A stretch of DNA of 64,000 nucleotides from Candidatus Pacearchaeota archaeon (GCA_038886195.1 JAVZYK010000001.1:529106-593105), one strand, 5' to 3'; shown: positions 19,567 through 29,975, counted from the first letter of the stretch. A program made the numbers and translations. Notes: generated from the letters alone by a model not told the origin.

Positions 19567-20283
19567 ATGAAATGGAAAGAATGGCTTTTAGGGCTAGGAT
19601 TATTAATTCCTATAACTAATGTTGCGCAAGAAGCTGAAGAATATCCGGAATATTGGCAAGAAGAAATTGAAAGGAAAACTAATGCTGGAACGAAAATAGA
19701 TTGGAATTATTGGGAGCCCTGGGAATTTTATGTTGAAGGAGGCTCTTGGAGAGTTCTTGATGATGTTGCAATTCAGATTAAAAAAATATATCTTGATTCT
19801 CTAATAGATCCTTTACCTCCTGATGATCCACCAGGAAAAGAAATGAGAAGATATTATCTTGTTATAGATGCTTCTTTTAGAGCTTTAAATAATAACAAGA
19901 CAATTGATCCGGCTTCGGATTTTTTATTAAAAGATGAAAAGAGAGAAATATGTAGTTCTGATTATGAAGGTCGTGATGTAAATGGTTTTCCAAAATTAGG
20001 AAATAGAGTTTCAATGTACGAAAAACTAAATCCAGGAAAACTTAAAAGAATTTATCCACACAGTTCTTATTCTGATAAAATAACTGTTGGAGCTGCCAGA
20101 GAATTTGCTGTTTCAAGGAAAATCTGTTTTGCTATTGGTGAAAATGAGATTTATGGAAATGGAAGAAGAATTAGTTCCTATCTAAATGAAAATCTTTGGC
20201 TTTGTTATGGTAGAGGCTCTATTCCTTTAACAAATATTGAAAACATTTTGAGAGAAGGTTATTACGAAGAACACGAAGAATAA
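19567..20283 (+). CDS. Secreted hypothetical protein
   Basis: Signal peptide 'MKWKEWLLGLGLLIPITNVAQEA'; 238 aa. Confidence 0.4.
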   Translation: MKWKEWLLGLGLLIPITNVAQEAEEYPEYWQEEIERKTNAGTKIDWNYWEPWEFYVEGGSWRVLDDVAIQIKKIYLDSLIDPLPPDDPPGKEMRRYYLVIDASFRALNNNKTIDPASDFLLKDEKREICSSDYEGRDVNGFPKLGNRVSMYEKLNPGKLKRIYPHSSYSDKITVGAAREFAVSRKICFAIGENEIYGNGRRISSYLNENLWLCYGRGSIPLTNIENILREGYYEEHEE

Positions 20284-20334
20284 TTTGCTTTTTAAAGCTG
20301 TTTCTTATTTATTTTATAAAAATGATTTTTTGAA

Positions 20335-22500
20335 CTAAATAATTCCCGAAATAGCAACTGCCGCAAGAGCGCCGAGGGCTATTATTGCCATAAAAGCAGC
20401 TATAACATACAAAGTTATGCCAGTCATAAGCATTTTACTTATTTGATATTTTTCACTTAATCTATCTTCTCCCGATTCTATTGTTACAAGAGTCTGTGTT
20501 AAAATAAATATTATTTCAATAAGATAAATACCAACAATTATTTGAAGCCAATAAGGAGGAATCATTTTTACTACATTAAACATAGAGGTTATCATTCCAA
20601 CATTGCCAAAACCAGCTATAGTTTGCTCAGCACTTAATTCGCCACTCTCGATCATTAATTGTAAAGTTCCAAGAATGATTGTAATCATACTTGCCAATCC
20701 AACAACTATTGCTGCAAGCAAAGGAGCAAGAAAAGTCATGTTACTTTTCATACCGCTTGTTATTTCTGCCAACAGATCTTTAAGCCTTTCATTTACTTTA
20801 TGAATATTTTTAACATAATCGCTTATTGCCATTAGGGCTCTTGCCGCAACTTGCAAACCTTTTTTTACTGATTCTATCAAAATTTGCATACTGGTTCTTA
20901 GTAGCTCAGAAGGATAATAGTTTATAGCTCCTCTAGATTTATTGAATATTGCTTCTTCTACACTCATGCCTGCTTGTTGAATATTTATGTTAACTGTGTT
21001 AAAAAAGCCCGCGGCCGGAGTGCCTTTAAGGCTATAGGCAACTCTTCCGAATGCCATTTCTGCAGGAATGCCGTCTGCAAGCCTATTGCCTAGTTGAAAA
21101 ATAGCAGAAGAGAATTCCTGTTCTAGTGTTTTTGTTTGATTTCTAACAATTATGAGTTTTTGTGTTTTTAATTTATACGCTATAGCAAAGAAAAGTGCAA
21201 TTGAAAGAGGAATAAAGATGCTTAAAAGCAACGCTATAGGGCCAAAAGGTCCTACAGTAGCATCAGTCTCAGGATCTACTTTAAAGTCAAATATTGTTTG
21301 ATTTCCAAAAAAACTTAAGCCTAGTTGTTCGAAACTGTAGTCTGATTGTATGCCTAAAGCATCAGCCATGCCATAATGTAAAAGTAATGGCAGAATTCCA
21401 AGAATAAAGAAAGGCAAAGCAATAATGGCTGCCGTGAAATAGTGGCTTTTATCTTGATAATTTCTGTATTCTGGATTTCTTTCTAAAAGTTCTGTTTCAC
21501 CGAAACCGCCGGGACGTTTACTTAAAATTTGATTTGTCATATAAAAAACAAAAAAAGGAACTATTATGTTAAATAGAAGCGCAACATGATACCATTTAAT
21601 TGCTCCTTGTAATAGTGTAGAAGCAAGAGGCAATAGTGCCAAACCAAGAGTTGGTAAAACTATTCCTAACATGTAGATATTTGTTATTGGTGATTTTACA
21701 TCATGAGTGTAATGCATCATTTTTTCATAAACGCCGTCTAGAATTACTTCAAGCGCTTTTTCAAGTATTGCAATTCTTCTATGTTCATTAGGTTCATAAA
21801 GAGAAGATTCAATCATATGAATAGATTCAACAAATTCCATAGAATAATCGCGCCAATTTTCAAGATATGCATCTAGAGCATCTTTTATTGTAGGAAATTT
21901 TGCTGTCTCAACATCCCAAAAAATTTTTTTTAAATCAAGCGACAAAGGCGGTTGTAAATGTTGAGAAGCGAATCTTATTGCTCTTTCTAAATTGCTAGTG
22001 TGTCTCATATAAATGACTATATAAAGAATACAAGAAACCATTTGCGATGATGCTTTTAAACGCCATTTTTGTGCAATTCTCGTAGGCAGTGTGTTAAGAT
22101 AATAAAACAAGAAGAAAGATACAAATAGTAATAACATAAAAAGAAGAAATGGAAAACTTTCAGTAAAGAAAAAAATCGCAACCGATGTGAGAAGAGATAT
22201 TAAAATAGAAACTATAAGAGCAAAGACAGCTAATCCGGCAGCTTCGCTCGGCTCTATTTCAAGATGAGCAGTTTTGAGATCTTTGGATATTCTTTCTTCA
22301 TCTTTAGATGAAAGTTTCAACTTTAAAATTTTACCAAAATTTTTACAAGCTCGCTCATAAGAGCTAAGTGGCGCAAGAGTTTCTGTGCGAAATTTTCTAT
22401 ATTCTACAGAATAATCGCTTGGAGCTTCTTCTCGAAGTTCTTTTTCTATTTTAGTTTCAAATTTTTTCAAAATATCTTTTAGTTCTTCTTTACTAACCAT
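20335..22500 (-). CDS. Polytopic membrane protein, FlaJ/TadC/PilC-like pilus-assembly platform protein (inferred)
   Basis: 721 aa with a cytoplasmic N-terminal helical domain followed by clustered TM helices. The call rests on that topology plus a size typical of archaeal FlaJ-like proteins and the neighbouring pilin and ATPase genes, not on a confirmed GspF domain. Confidence 0.5.
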   Translation of the reverse strand: MVSKEELKDILKKFETKIEKELREEAPSDYSVEYRKFRTETLAPLSSYERACKNFGKILKLKLSSKDEERISKDLKTAHLEIEPSEAAGLAVFALIVSILISLLTSVAIFFFTESFPFLLFMLLLFVSFFLFYYLNTLPTRIAQKWRLKASSQMVSCILYIVIYMRHTSNLERAIRFASQHLQPPLSLDLKKIFWDVETAKFPTIKDALDAYLENWRDYSMEFVESIHMIESSLYEPNEHRRIAILEKALEVILDGVYEKMMHYTHDVKSPITNIYMLGIVLPTLGLALLPLASTLLQGAIKWYHVALLFNIIVPFFVFYMTNQILSKRPGGFGETELLERNPEYRNYQDKSHYFTAAIIALPFFILGILPLLLHYGMADALGIQSDYSFEQLGLSFFGNQTIFDFKVDPETDATVGPFGPIALLLSIFIPLSIALFFAIAYKLKTQKLIIVRNQTKTLEQEFSSAIFQLGNRLADGIPAEMAFGRVAYSLKGTPAAGFFNTVNINIQQAGMSVEEAIFNKSRGAINYYPSELLRTSMQILIESVKKGLQVAARALMAISDYVKNIHKVNERLKDLLAEITSGMKSNMTFLAPLLAAIVVGLASMITIILGTLQLMIESGELSAEQTIAGFGNVGMITSMFNVVKMIPPYWLQIIVGIYLIEIIFILTQTLVTIESGEDRLSEKYQISKMLMTGITLYVIAAFMAIIALGALAAVAISGII

Positions 22501-22622
22501 TGTTTCCTCTTTTTTCTTTTTAATAAAAATAAACAGATTATAAAAAGATTTCTTTATAATAGCAAAAAATATATAAAGTCGTTTCTTTTTGAAAATTAAT
22601 AAATGTCAGAATAAATAAAAAG

Positions 22623-22907
22623 ATGGCATTAAAAATTTTAAGAATAAGCGAAGTTATTGGAATGAAAGTTTTTACTGATGGTGGCGACTATCTCGGTACA
22701 GTAGAAGAAGCAAATATAATTGAAAATAAAATTGATGGATGGAGAATCAGAATAGCAAAAGATAGTAGTTTAATTGCTTTGTTAGGAGGAGCCAGAGGTT
22801 TAATCATTCCTCATCAATATGTAAAAGCCTTTGGCGAAGTGATTATAATAAGCAAAGCAGCTGTTCCAGTAACAGAAGAAAAAGTAGAAGAGGCAATTAC
22901 AGAGTAA
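22623..22907 (+). CDS. PRC-barrel domain protein
   Basis: 'VIGMKVFTDGGDYLGTVEEANIIENKIDGWRI' is a typical PRC-barrel pattern; 94 aa. Confidence 0.55.
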   Translation: MALKILRISEVIGMKVFTDGGDYLGTVEEANIIENKIDGWRIRIAKDSSLIALLGGARGLIIPHQYVKAFGEVIIISKAAVPVTEEKVEEAITE

Positions 22908-22947
22908 TCTCTGTGAATAAAAAATAGATAGTTGGTGTTACAGAAAA

Positions 22948-23430
22948 ATGGCCGATGTCCAAATTAGTTTATTTACCCATCCTTTTTTAACAAATTTCTT
23001 ACTTCCATTTTTATTAGTATTTGTTGTTATTTTTGCTATACTTGAAAAGTCTAATGTGCTTGGTGAAGGCAAAAAATATGCTAACTTAATCGTAGCTATA
23101 GTTATAGGATTGCTCTTTATAGGTATGCAAAGTGTTGTTGGTTTTACCATTAAACTTTTGCCTTTAGTAGCAGTGTTGGTGGTTGTTTTACTAGGCTATT
23201 ATATTATTTTCGGCTTTATTGGAATTCATGAAAAGACTGGTTTAAAAATTACTTTAGGCATAGTTTTTGGTTTAGCTTTAATAATTTCAATTTTATGGGC
23301 AACCGGAGTATTGGAAAAGATTGGCGGATCTTTTTCTCCAGAAACTGTTGGAACGATTATTTTTTTAGCTATTTTAGGAGGAGCAATAGCGTTAGTTTTG
23401 ACTACAAAAGTAAAAGAAAAAGGAGAATAA
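22948..23430 (+). CDS. Small polytopic membrane protein, paralog 1 of 3
   Basis: 'FLLPFLLVFVVIFAILEKSNVLGEGKKYANLIVAIVIGLLFIGMQSVV'. This core is shared with the next two genes. Confidence 0.45.
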   Translation: MADVQISLFTHPFLTNFLLPFLLVFVVIFAILEKSNVLGEGKKYANLIVAIVIGLLFIGMQSVVGFTIKLLPLVAVLVVVLLGYYIIFGFIGIHEKTGLKITLGIVFGLALIISILWATGVLEKIGGSFSPETVGTIIFLAILGGAIALVLTTKVKEKGE

Positions 23431-23499
23431 CAAAAAAAGCAAAATATAAAAAGGTACTTTATTTAATATTTAAGAATAAGATATAGAAAAGAGGAAAAA

Positions 23500-24039
23500 A
23501 TGGTGGATGGTTTTTATTTTGGTGGAATGACTGAATTTAGACAAGTTATAGAACAGTGGGCCCAATTTGGTTTGTTCGATGTGCTTTTGCCTTTATTGTT
23601 AGTTTTTACACTTGTTTTTGCAATTTTAGAGAAAATCAACATATTTAAAAATAGAGGAGTTCATCTTGTAATTTCTCTTGTATTGGCATTTTTTGCAATA
23701 ACAAATCCGGTTGTTTCAGTATTTTTTATGTATCTGTTTTCTAATTTGGCAATAGGCGTTGCAATTATATTGGCGATGATCGTGTTAGTTGGTTTTGCAT
23801 TAAAACCAGAAGGAGACACTTGGCAATGGGTTTTCGGAATAGGAGGAGCATTTTTACTTCTCATAGCTTTAGCAAAATCAGGATTTTTTACTTATGTTTT
23901 TGGTCCTAATGCTTGGTATTGGATGCAACAAAATGCTTCATGGATGATTTTACTAATTATAATTGCTCTTGCCGTGATTGGAGTGGTTGTAGGAGTCGGT
24001 GGAGAGAAAGGAAAATCATTTAAAATATCTCAAGAATAA
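23500..24039 (+). CDS. Small polytopic membrane protein, paralog 2 of 3
   Basis: 'LLPLLLVFTLVFAILEKINIFKNRGVHLVISLVLAFFAITNPVV'. Confidence 0.45.
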   Translation: MVDGFYFGGMTEFRQVIEQWAQFGLFDVLLPLLLVFTLVFAILEKINIFKNRGVHLVISLVLAFFAITNPVVSVFFMYLFSNLAIGVAIILAMIVLVGFALKPEGDTWQWVFGIGGAFLLLIALAKSGFFTYVFGPNAWYWMQQNASWMILLIIIALAVIGVVVGVGGEKGKSFKISQE

Positions 24040-24086
24040 ATTTTTAATATAAAAAATAAAAAAACTAAGAGTCAATAAAAGTTAAA

Positions 24087-24569
24087 ATGGTAGAAATCGA
24101 TTTAAGCGGAATTGCAGCATTTGTTCCAATTTTCGGCTTTTTACTTGTTTTTGCAGTTGTTTATGCTTTGTTAGGTAAAACGAAAGTTTTAGGAGAAAAT
24201 AAGTTTGTTCATATTTTTGTTAGTTTTGCCGTAGCCATAATATTTCTCGTATCTGCAAATGCTATAGAGTATGTTAAAGTTGCTACTCCTTGGTTTGCAG
24301 CTTTTATTGTTTCGTTGTTGTTTATAGCTTTAGTTGTAGGTTTGATAAAAGGAAATGTAGAAGAATTTTTTAAAGGTAAAGGATTTGCTTGGTTTGTGAT
24401 TATTGTATTGATTGTAATTTTCGTATTTTCTGCAATATATGTTTTTGCTGATGTGATTAATAAATATTTTGGACAACCGAAATCTCTTTTATTAGAACCT
24501 CAAATTTTAGGAGTATTGGTTCTTATTGGGATAACTGTTTTTGTTTCTTGGCTTTTAACAAAAAAATAG
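24087..24569 (+). CDS. Small polytopic membrane protein, paralog 3 of 3
   Basis: 'FVPIFGFLLVFAVVYALLGKTKVLGENKFVHIFVSFAVAIIFLVSANAIEYV'. Confidence 0.45.
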   Translation: MVEIDLSGIAAFVPIFGFLLVFAVVYALLGKTKVLGENKFVHIFVSFAVAIIFLVSANAIEYVKVATPWFAAFIVSLLFIALVVGLIKGNVEEFFKGKGFAWFVIIVLIVIFVFSAIYVFADVINKYFGQPKSLLLEPQILGVLVLIGITVFVSWLLTKK

Positions 24570-24600
24570 TTGTGTTTCATGTATTTATATAATAAATAGG

Positions 24601-25971
24601 CTATAAAATTCTTCTTCCTAATTTTTGTGCTAGTTTTCTTAAAGTTTTTTGATCAATTTGACCTGAAGCCAAATTTGACACGCCTGCGGTTTGGCTCGTA
24701 ATTAGTTCTTTCATTAGCTTGTATTGTTTTATCATTTCTCTTATTTCGTTAGTTGGTACATTCGAGCCTTTTGAGATTCTGGCAATTCTACTAGAATTTA
24801 ATATTTCAGGGTTTTCTCTTTCATAAGGAGTCATTGAGTCTATAGCATATTTCCATCTTTTGAGTTTAGCTTCTTGAATTTCAAACATATTTGGCATTTT
24901 TGTTTTAAAACCACTCATTCCTGGAATTAGCTCAGCTAATTTATCTAAAGGACCCATGTTTTGCATCGCTTTTATTTGATCATACAAATCATTCAATGTA
25001 AATTTTCCTTCTTCAAGTCTTGATTTTATTTTTTCTTGTTGTTTTTTTTCTATTGCAAGTTTGGCCTTTTCAATTAGAGCCTTAATATCACCCATTCCTA
25101 ACAGTCTTGAAACAAATGATGTAGGATTAAAAACTTCAATATCTTGAAGCTTTTCTCCTGTACCAATAAAAAGCACATGCGAATTGGTTTCATGACATGA
25201 GGCAAGAGCACCACCACCTTTAGCTGTACCATCAAGTCTTGTTATTATAACGCCATTGATTGGGCAGGCTTTTTTGAAACCCTGGGCTTGAGTAGCGGCT
25301 GATTTACCTATGTCTGCCGCCATAACTAAAATTATCAAATCAGGTTTAATTTCATGGTAAAGCTGATTAATTTCGTGTATCAATGAAGCATTTAAAACAT
25401 CACGACCAGCAGTATCTATTATAACAGCATCATATTGCTTTATTTTATTTTCAAATTTTTTCCAAATAGCCAGAGAATTTTTTTCCTGTTTGTCAATAAA
25501 ACAAGGCAAATTTGCTTTAACTGCTAATTGTTCTAGCTGTTCTGGAGCAGCAGGCCTATGAACGTCTAAACCCAATAAACAAGTTTTGTAGCCTCTTTTA
25601 CTGTAATAAAAAGCCAGCTTGGCTGCGGTTGTTGTTTTTCCACAACCATAAAGGCCAAGAAGCATTATTTTGAACGGCTTTTTTTTCTTGTCTATTTTAA
25701 CTTCATATTCTTCTTTACCTAGAATTTCTACAAGTTCGTCGTAAATTAATTTAACTAAATGTTCTTTCTTTTCTAATCCTGTTATTTTTTCTTCAGCCTT
25801 TTTCTTTATTTTTTCAATCAATTCTTGAACTAGTTTAGTATCAACATCTGCTTCTAGAAGTGAGCGTTGTAATTCTTTACAGATTTCTTCAATAGTCTTT
25901 TTATCAATAAAAATAGCGCCAGCTATTTTTGATACTGTTCTTTTTAATGCATCTCCTAATTTGTCTAACAT
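24601..25971 (-). CDS. srp54: Signal recognition particle protein SRP54
   Basis: NG domain with Walker A 'GLYGCGKTTTAAKLA' and 'DTAGR'; C-terminal Met-rich M domain ('MQNMGPLDKLAELIPGM'). 456 aa. Confidence 0.9.
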   Translation of the reverse strand: MLDKLGDALKRTVSKIAGAIFIDKKTIEEICKELQRSLLEADVDTKLVQELIEKIKKKAEEKITGLEKKEHLVKLIYDELVEILGKEEYEVKIDKKKKPFKIMLLGLYGCGKTTTAAKLAFYYSKRGYKTCLLGLDVHRPAAPEQLEQLAVKANLPCFIDKQEKNSLAIWKKFENKIKQYDAVIIDTAGRDVLNASLIHEINQLYHEIKPDLIILVMAADIGKSAATQAQGFKKACPINGVIITRLDGTAKGGGALASCHETNSHVLFIGTGEKLQDIEVFNPTSFVSRLLGMGDIKALIEKAKLAIEKKQQEKIKSRLEEGKFTLNDLYDQIKAMQNMGPLDKLAELIPGMSGFKTKMPNMFEIQEAKLKRWKYAIDSMTPYERENPEILNSSRIARISKGSNVPTNEIREMIKQYKLMKELITSQTAGVSNLASGQIDQKTLRKLAQKLGRRIL

Positions 25972-26047
25972 CTATATTTAAAAAATACAATTATTTATAA
26001 AAGTTTATAAACTAGATAATTTAATAAAAATTAAAAAAGAGAAAAAA

Positions 26048-26953
26048 ATGAGGAAACTTTTTATTTCGATTAAATTTATTATGATCATTGAAATGGTTTT
26101 ATTTTTCTTATTTCTATTTTCAATTCAAAATGTAAAAGCCATTACAGAAAGACATGCTAGAGTTGACGTATCTTTTTTAAATCAAAATCCTTATCCAGCG
26201 CAGCCGAATGATTACGTAGAATTAGTTTTTAAAATAGAAAACACTGGCGGAGTTGATGTACATGATGTTCTTGTAGAATTGTTGCCAGAATATCCTTTTT
26301 CTTTAGATGTTGGAGTAAATGCTGTTAGAAATATAGGTAATTTAACATTAGTGCAATATGGCGAAAAAGCGGTTTTTATTAAATATAAAGTTAGAGTTGA
26401 TAAAGATGCTATAGATGGTGAAAATAAAATAAAGTTGAGATATGTTTACGATAGTGGCGGAAAATGGGATAATTATATGATTAAAGAATTCAATGTTACT
26501 ATCGAAGATCCTAAAACAGATTTCGATATAGCAATTCAAGATTATTCACCGATTACAGGAACTTTATCTATTGCGGTTTCAAATATAGGAAAAAAGGATG
26601 CGAAATCTGTTACTGTTATGTTGCCAGAACAGAATTCTATAGATATTATAGGTTCAAATAAAGAAATTACTGGGGGTATTGAACAAAACGATTACACTAT
26701 AGTTTCATTTAAAGTGATTCCAAAAGAAGATGGGCCAATTATAGTGAAAATAAGTTATACAGATTCTATTGGAATTAGAAGAGAAGTAGAAAAAGCCATT
26801 TTATTCAAGGCATCTAGTTACAATTATAAATTAACTAAAGAAGCTACAGCAAATAGCAAAGCTTTAGTTTATATAGGTGTTGGAGTTGTAGGAGTGATTG
26901 TTGTTTTGGTATTGTTGGGAATTCTCAGAAAAAGAAGAAAAACGCATAATTAA
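26048..26953 (+). CDS. Secreted beta-rich protein with C-terminal TM anchor (partner of the downstream ABC exporter)
   Basis: N-terminal signal, then a repetitive beta-strand body with a CARDB/DUF11-like feel, ending 'VGVVGVIVVLVLLGILRKRRKTHN'. Confidence 0.4.
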   Translation: MRKLFISIKFIMIIEMVLFFLFLFSIQNVKAITERHARVDVSFLNQNPYPAQPNDYVELVFKIENTGGVDVHDVLVELLPEYPFSLDVGVNAVRNIGNLTLVQYGEKAVFIKYKVRVDKDAIDGENKIKLRYVYDSGGKWDNYMIKEFNVTIEDPKTDFDIAIQDYSPITGTLSIAVSNIGKKDAKSVTVMLPEQNSIDIIGSNKEITGGIEQNDYTIVSFKVIPKEDGPIIVKISYTDSIGIRREVEKAILFKASSYNYKLTKEATANSKALVYIGVGVVGVIVVLVLLGILRKRRKTHN

Positions 26954-26956
26954 AAG

Positions 26957-28192
26957 ATGAAATTTAAAGATTCGCTAAAATTTGCCTTAAACAATCTAAC
27001 TACTAGAGGTCTTAGAAGTTGGTTAACTATAATAGGTGTTGTAATTGGTGTTGCAGCTATTGTAGCTATAGTTTCAGTAGGACAGGGATTGCAAGAAACA
27101 ATTTCTTTGCAATTGGGTGCTTTGGGAGGAGATCAAGTTTATATTATGGCGGGAAGCGCCTTTGAAGGAGGCTTTATACAAGGTGCTAAAGAACCTGGTG
27201 AGTTGACTGATGTTGATTTAAAAAATATTAAAGCAGTAGAAGGAGTTATTTATGCAGCTCCAGATACTTTTGGTTTTGTAAATGTCAAATATTTGGGTGA
27301 AACTAAAAGGCTTTATCTTATAGGTACTGATGAAAATTGGATTAAAGTTAGAGAAGCAAGCGTAAAGATGAAAGAAGGAAGATTTCTTAAAGATGGCGAC
27401 AAAGGTGTGGCGGTTTTAGGCTATCGTGCTGCTAAAGAAATTTTTAATAAAGACATATTTGTTGGTTCACAAATTAAAATTGAAAATGAAAGCTTTAAAG
27501 TTATAGGAATAATGGAAGAAATAGGAGGGATTGGAGGCGCACAAGAAGATAAATCTGTTTTTTTAAGTTTAGAAGATTCAGAGCCTTATGTAGGCGGTTT
27601 TGGAGTTGATAATTATTATGCTATAGAAGTAAGAGTAGAACCAGAAAGAACAGATGAAATTGCTGAGAAAATTAAAGAAAAATTAATGGTAACAAGACAT
27701 GTAAAAGAAGAAAATATTGATTTTAGTGTCTATACTCCCAAAATAATTACGGCAACAGTGCTTAGTATTGTAGGAACTATTAATTTGTTCGTTTATGGAA
27801 TTGCAGCAATTTCTTTAGTTGTCGGAGCTGTTGGTATTGCCAATACCATGTTTACTTCGGTTATGGAAAGAACAAGACAAATAGGAATTTTAAAAGCTCT
27901 TGGTATGACTAATAAAGATGTTATGAACTTATTTTTAATAGAATCTGCACTTATTGGATTAGTTGGTGGTGTTATTGGGCTATTTATTGGTTTTATATTT
28001 TCTGGAATAATAGGTTATGTCGCTTCAATTTTTTTAGCAGGTACGAGAATAAGCGGAATGATGGTTTCAATTAGTCCGATGTTAGTTGTTTTCTCTTTAA
28101 TATTTTCAACAGCGATAGGAATAGTTTCAGGAATTTTACCAGCAAGAAGAGCGGCAAGACTGGAACCTGTTGAAGCTTTGCGATATGAGTAA
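26957..28192 (+). CDS. ABC transporter permease, FtsX/MacB family
   Basis: N-terminal TM, large extracytoplasmic domain, and three C-terminal TMs ending '[15 protein letters not shown]'. 411 aa. Confidence 0.75.
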   Translation: MKFKDSLKFALNNLTTRGLRSWLTIIGVVIGVAAIVAIVSVGQGLQETISLQLGALGGDQVYIMAGSAFEGGFIQGAKEPGELTDVDLKNIKAVEGVIYAAPDTFGFVNVKYLGETKRLYLIGTDENWIKVREASVKMKEGRFLKDGDKGVAVLGYRAAKEIFNKDIFVGSQIKIENESFKVIGIMEEIGGIGGAQEDKSVFLSLEDSEPYVGGFGVDNYYAIEVRVEPERTDEIAEKIKEKLMVTRHVKEENIDFSVYTPKIITATVLSIVGTINLFVYGIAAISLVVGAVGIANTMFTSVMERTRQIGILKALGMTNKDVMNLFLIESALIGLVGGVIGLFIGFIFSGIIGYVASIFLAGTRISGMMVSISPMLVVFSLIFSTAIGIVSGILPARRAARLEPVEALRYE

Positions 28193-28910
28193 GAAAAAAA
28201 TAAAAATGAAAGAAAAAGAAATAGCTTTACGTGTAGAAAATTTAACAAAAATATATGATTTAGGAGAAATAAAAGTCAAAGCAGTTGATGATGTCACTTT
28301 TTCTGTTCCTAAGAATAAAGTTATAGCCATAATGGGTCCTAGCGGGTCTGGTAAATCAACTCTTCTGCATTTAATTGGATGTTTAGATAAACCTACAAAA
28401 GGCAAAGTTTATATTGATAACATTGATACTTCCAAACTTAATGACAATCAACTTGCCAAATTAAGAAATGAAAAAATAGGTTTTGTATTTCAATTTTTTA
28501 ATTTACATCCTCTACTTACAGCTATAGAAAATGTTGAACTGCCAGAAACAATTAAAGGCATTAATGAGAATGAAAGAAAAAAGAAAGCTCTAGAGTTATT
28601 AAAACTTGTTGGATTAGAAACAAGAGCAAATCATTTTCCCAATCAGCTAAGTGGAGGAGAACAACAGAGAGTTGCTATAGCCAGAGCATTGATAAATGAT
28701 CCTTCTATAATTCTGGCTGATGAACCGACTGGTAATCTAGATACTAAATCAAGCCACGAGATTATGAAATTGTTAGTTAAACTGAAAGAAAAGGCAACAA
28801 TAATTGTTATAACGCACGATATTGATATTGCAGAACATGCAGATCATATTATAAAAATTAGAGATGGCAAGATTGAGTATATTGACGGATTTAAAAGAAA
28901 ATTGCTTTGA
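28170..28910 (+). CDS. ABC transporter ATP-binding protein (MacB/LolD-like)
   Basis: Walker A 'GPSGSGKST', signature '[15 protein letters not shown]', Walker B '[11 protein letters not shown]'. The true start is probably 28185 or 28206. Confidence 0.9.
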   Translation: MKLCDMSKKKIKMKEKEIALRVENLTKIYDLGEIKVKAVDDVTFSVPKNKVIAIMGPSGSGKSTLLHLIGCLDKPTKGKVYIDNIDTSKLNDNQLAKLRNEKIGFVFQFFNLHPLLTAIENVELPETIKGINENERKKKALELLKLVGLETRANHFPNQLSGGEQQRVAIARALINDPSIILADEPTGNLDTKSSHEIMKLLVKLKEKATIIVITHDIDIAEHADHIIKIRDGKIEYIDGFKRKLL

Positions 28911-28925
28911 TTATTTTAATCTTTT

Positions 28926-29975
28926 TTATCCAAATATTTTATTGATAATTTCTTTTTTATCGAATTTTTTTAAGTCATCATATTCTTGCCCAACTCCGAG
29001 GAACAAAATCGGTTTTTTTGTCACATAACTTATTGATATTGTAGCGCCTCCTTTTTCGTCAACATCAGCCTTTGTAAGAATAATCGCATCTATACCTACA
29101 GCATCATTAAATGCTTTTGCTTGTTCTATAACATCATTGCCTGTTATCGCTTCTCCAACAAAAATTTTTAATTGAGGTTTTGTTACACGACAAATTTTTT
29201 CCATTTCTCTAAGCAAATCATGTTTAGTATGCATCCTGCCAGCAGTATCTATAAGTACTACATCTATCGCTTTTGCTTTGGCATGAGCTATTGCATCGAA
29301 AGCTACTGCTGCAGGATCAGAACCATATTTTTGTTTTATAACTTCGATACCAAGTTTTGAACCATGTTTTTCGAGTTGTTCAATTGAAGCGGCTCGAAAC
29401 GTATCAGCCGCTGCAAAAACAGAAGTTATGTCATTATTTTTTAACATATAAGCAATTTTAGCTATAGTGGTTGTTTTCCCGCTTCCATTAATTCCAAAGA
29501 ACACTATGATAAAAGGTTTTTGTTTTTCAGTTTTTATTTTATCAATTAAATCAAAAGGCTCAATAAATAAAGAATCTATAGCCTGTTTTAAACTTTCTTC
29601 AATTTTCCTTTCCCACTCTTTTCTTGAAATTTCTTTATTAATTAAATCATTTTTCAATTTTTCGCGCAATGAGTCTATAGCTTCTAGGGCTACATTATTT
29701 TCTATAAGAATTATTTCTAATTTATCAAATAATTTATTAAATTCTTGTTCATTTAGTTTGGTTGTAAAAACCTTTTTTAATTTTGAAAAAAGTCCTTCTT
29801 TCTTTTCTTCAAGTTCTTTTATTTCCTTATCTTCTTTTAAAATTTGTTTTTCAGTTTTTTCTATCTCTTTTATTTCCTGTTTTATTTCTCGCTCTTCTTT
29901 TTCTTCTTCTTTTTTTATTTCTTCTTTAGTTCCTGTAATAAATTCCTTTATTTTTTTCTTTAAAAAACCAAACAT
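28926..29975 (-). CDS. ftsY: Signal recognition particle receptor FtsY
   Basis: NG domain 'FFGINGSGKTTTIAKIA', 'DTAGR', 'TKADVDEKGG'; N-terminal E/K-rich acidic region. Confidence 0.85.
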   Translation of the reverse strand: MFGFLKKKIKEFITGTKEEIKKEEEKEEREIKQEIKEIEKTEKQILKEDKEIKELEEKKEGLFSKLKKVFTTKLNEQEFNKLFDKLEIILIENNVALEAIDSLREKLKNDLINKEISRKEWERKIEESLKQAIDSLFIEPFDLIDKIKTEKQKPFIIVFFGINGSGKTTTIAKIAYMLKNNDITSVFAAADTFRAASIEQLEKHGSKLGIEVIKQKYGSDPAAVAFDAIAHAKAKAIDVVLIDTAGRMHTKHDLLREMEKICRVTKPQLKIFVGEAITGNDVIEQAKAFNDAVGIDAIILTKADVDEKGGATISISYVTKKPILFLGVGQEYDDLKKFDKKEIINKIFG

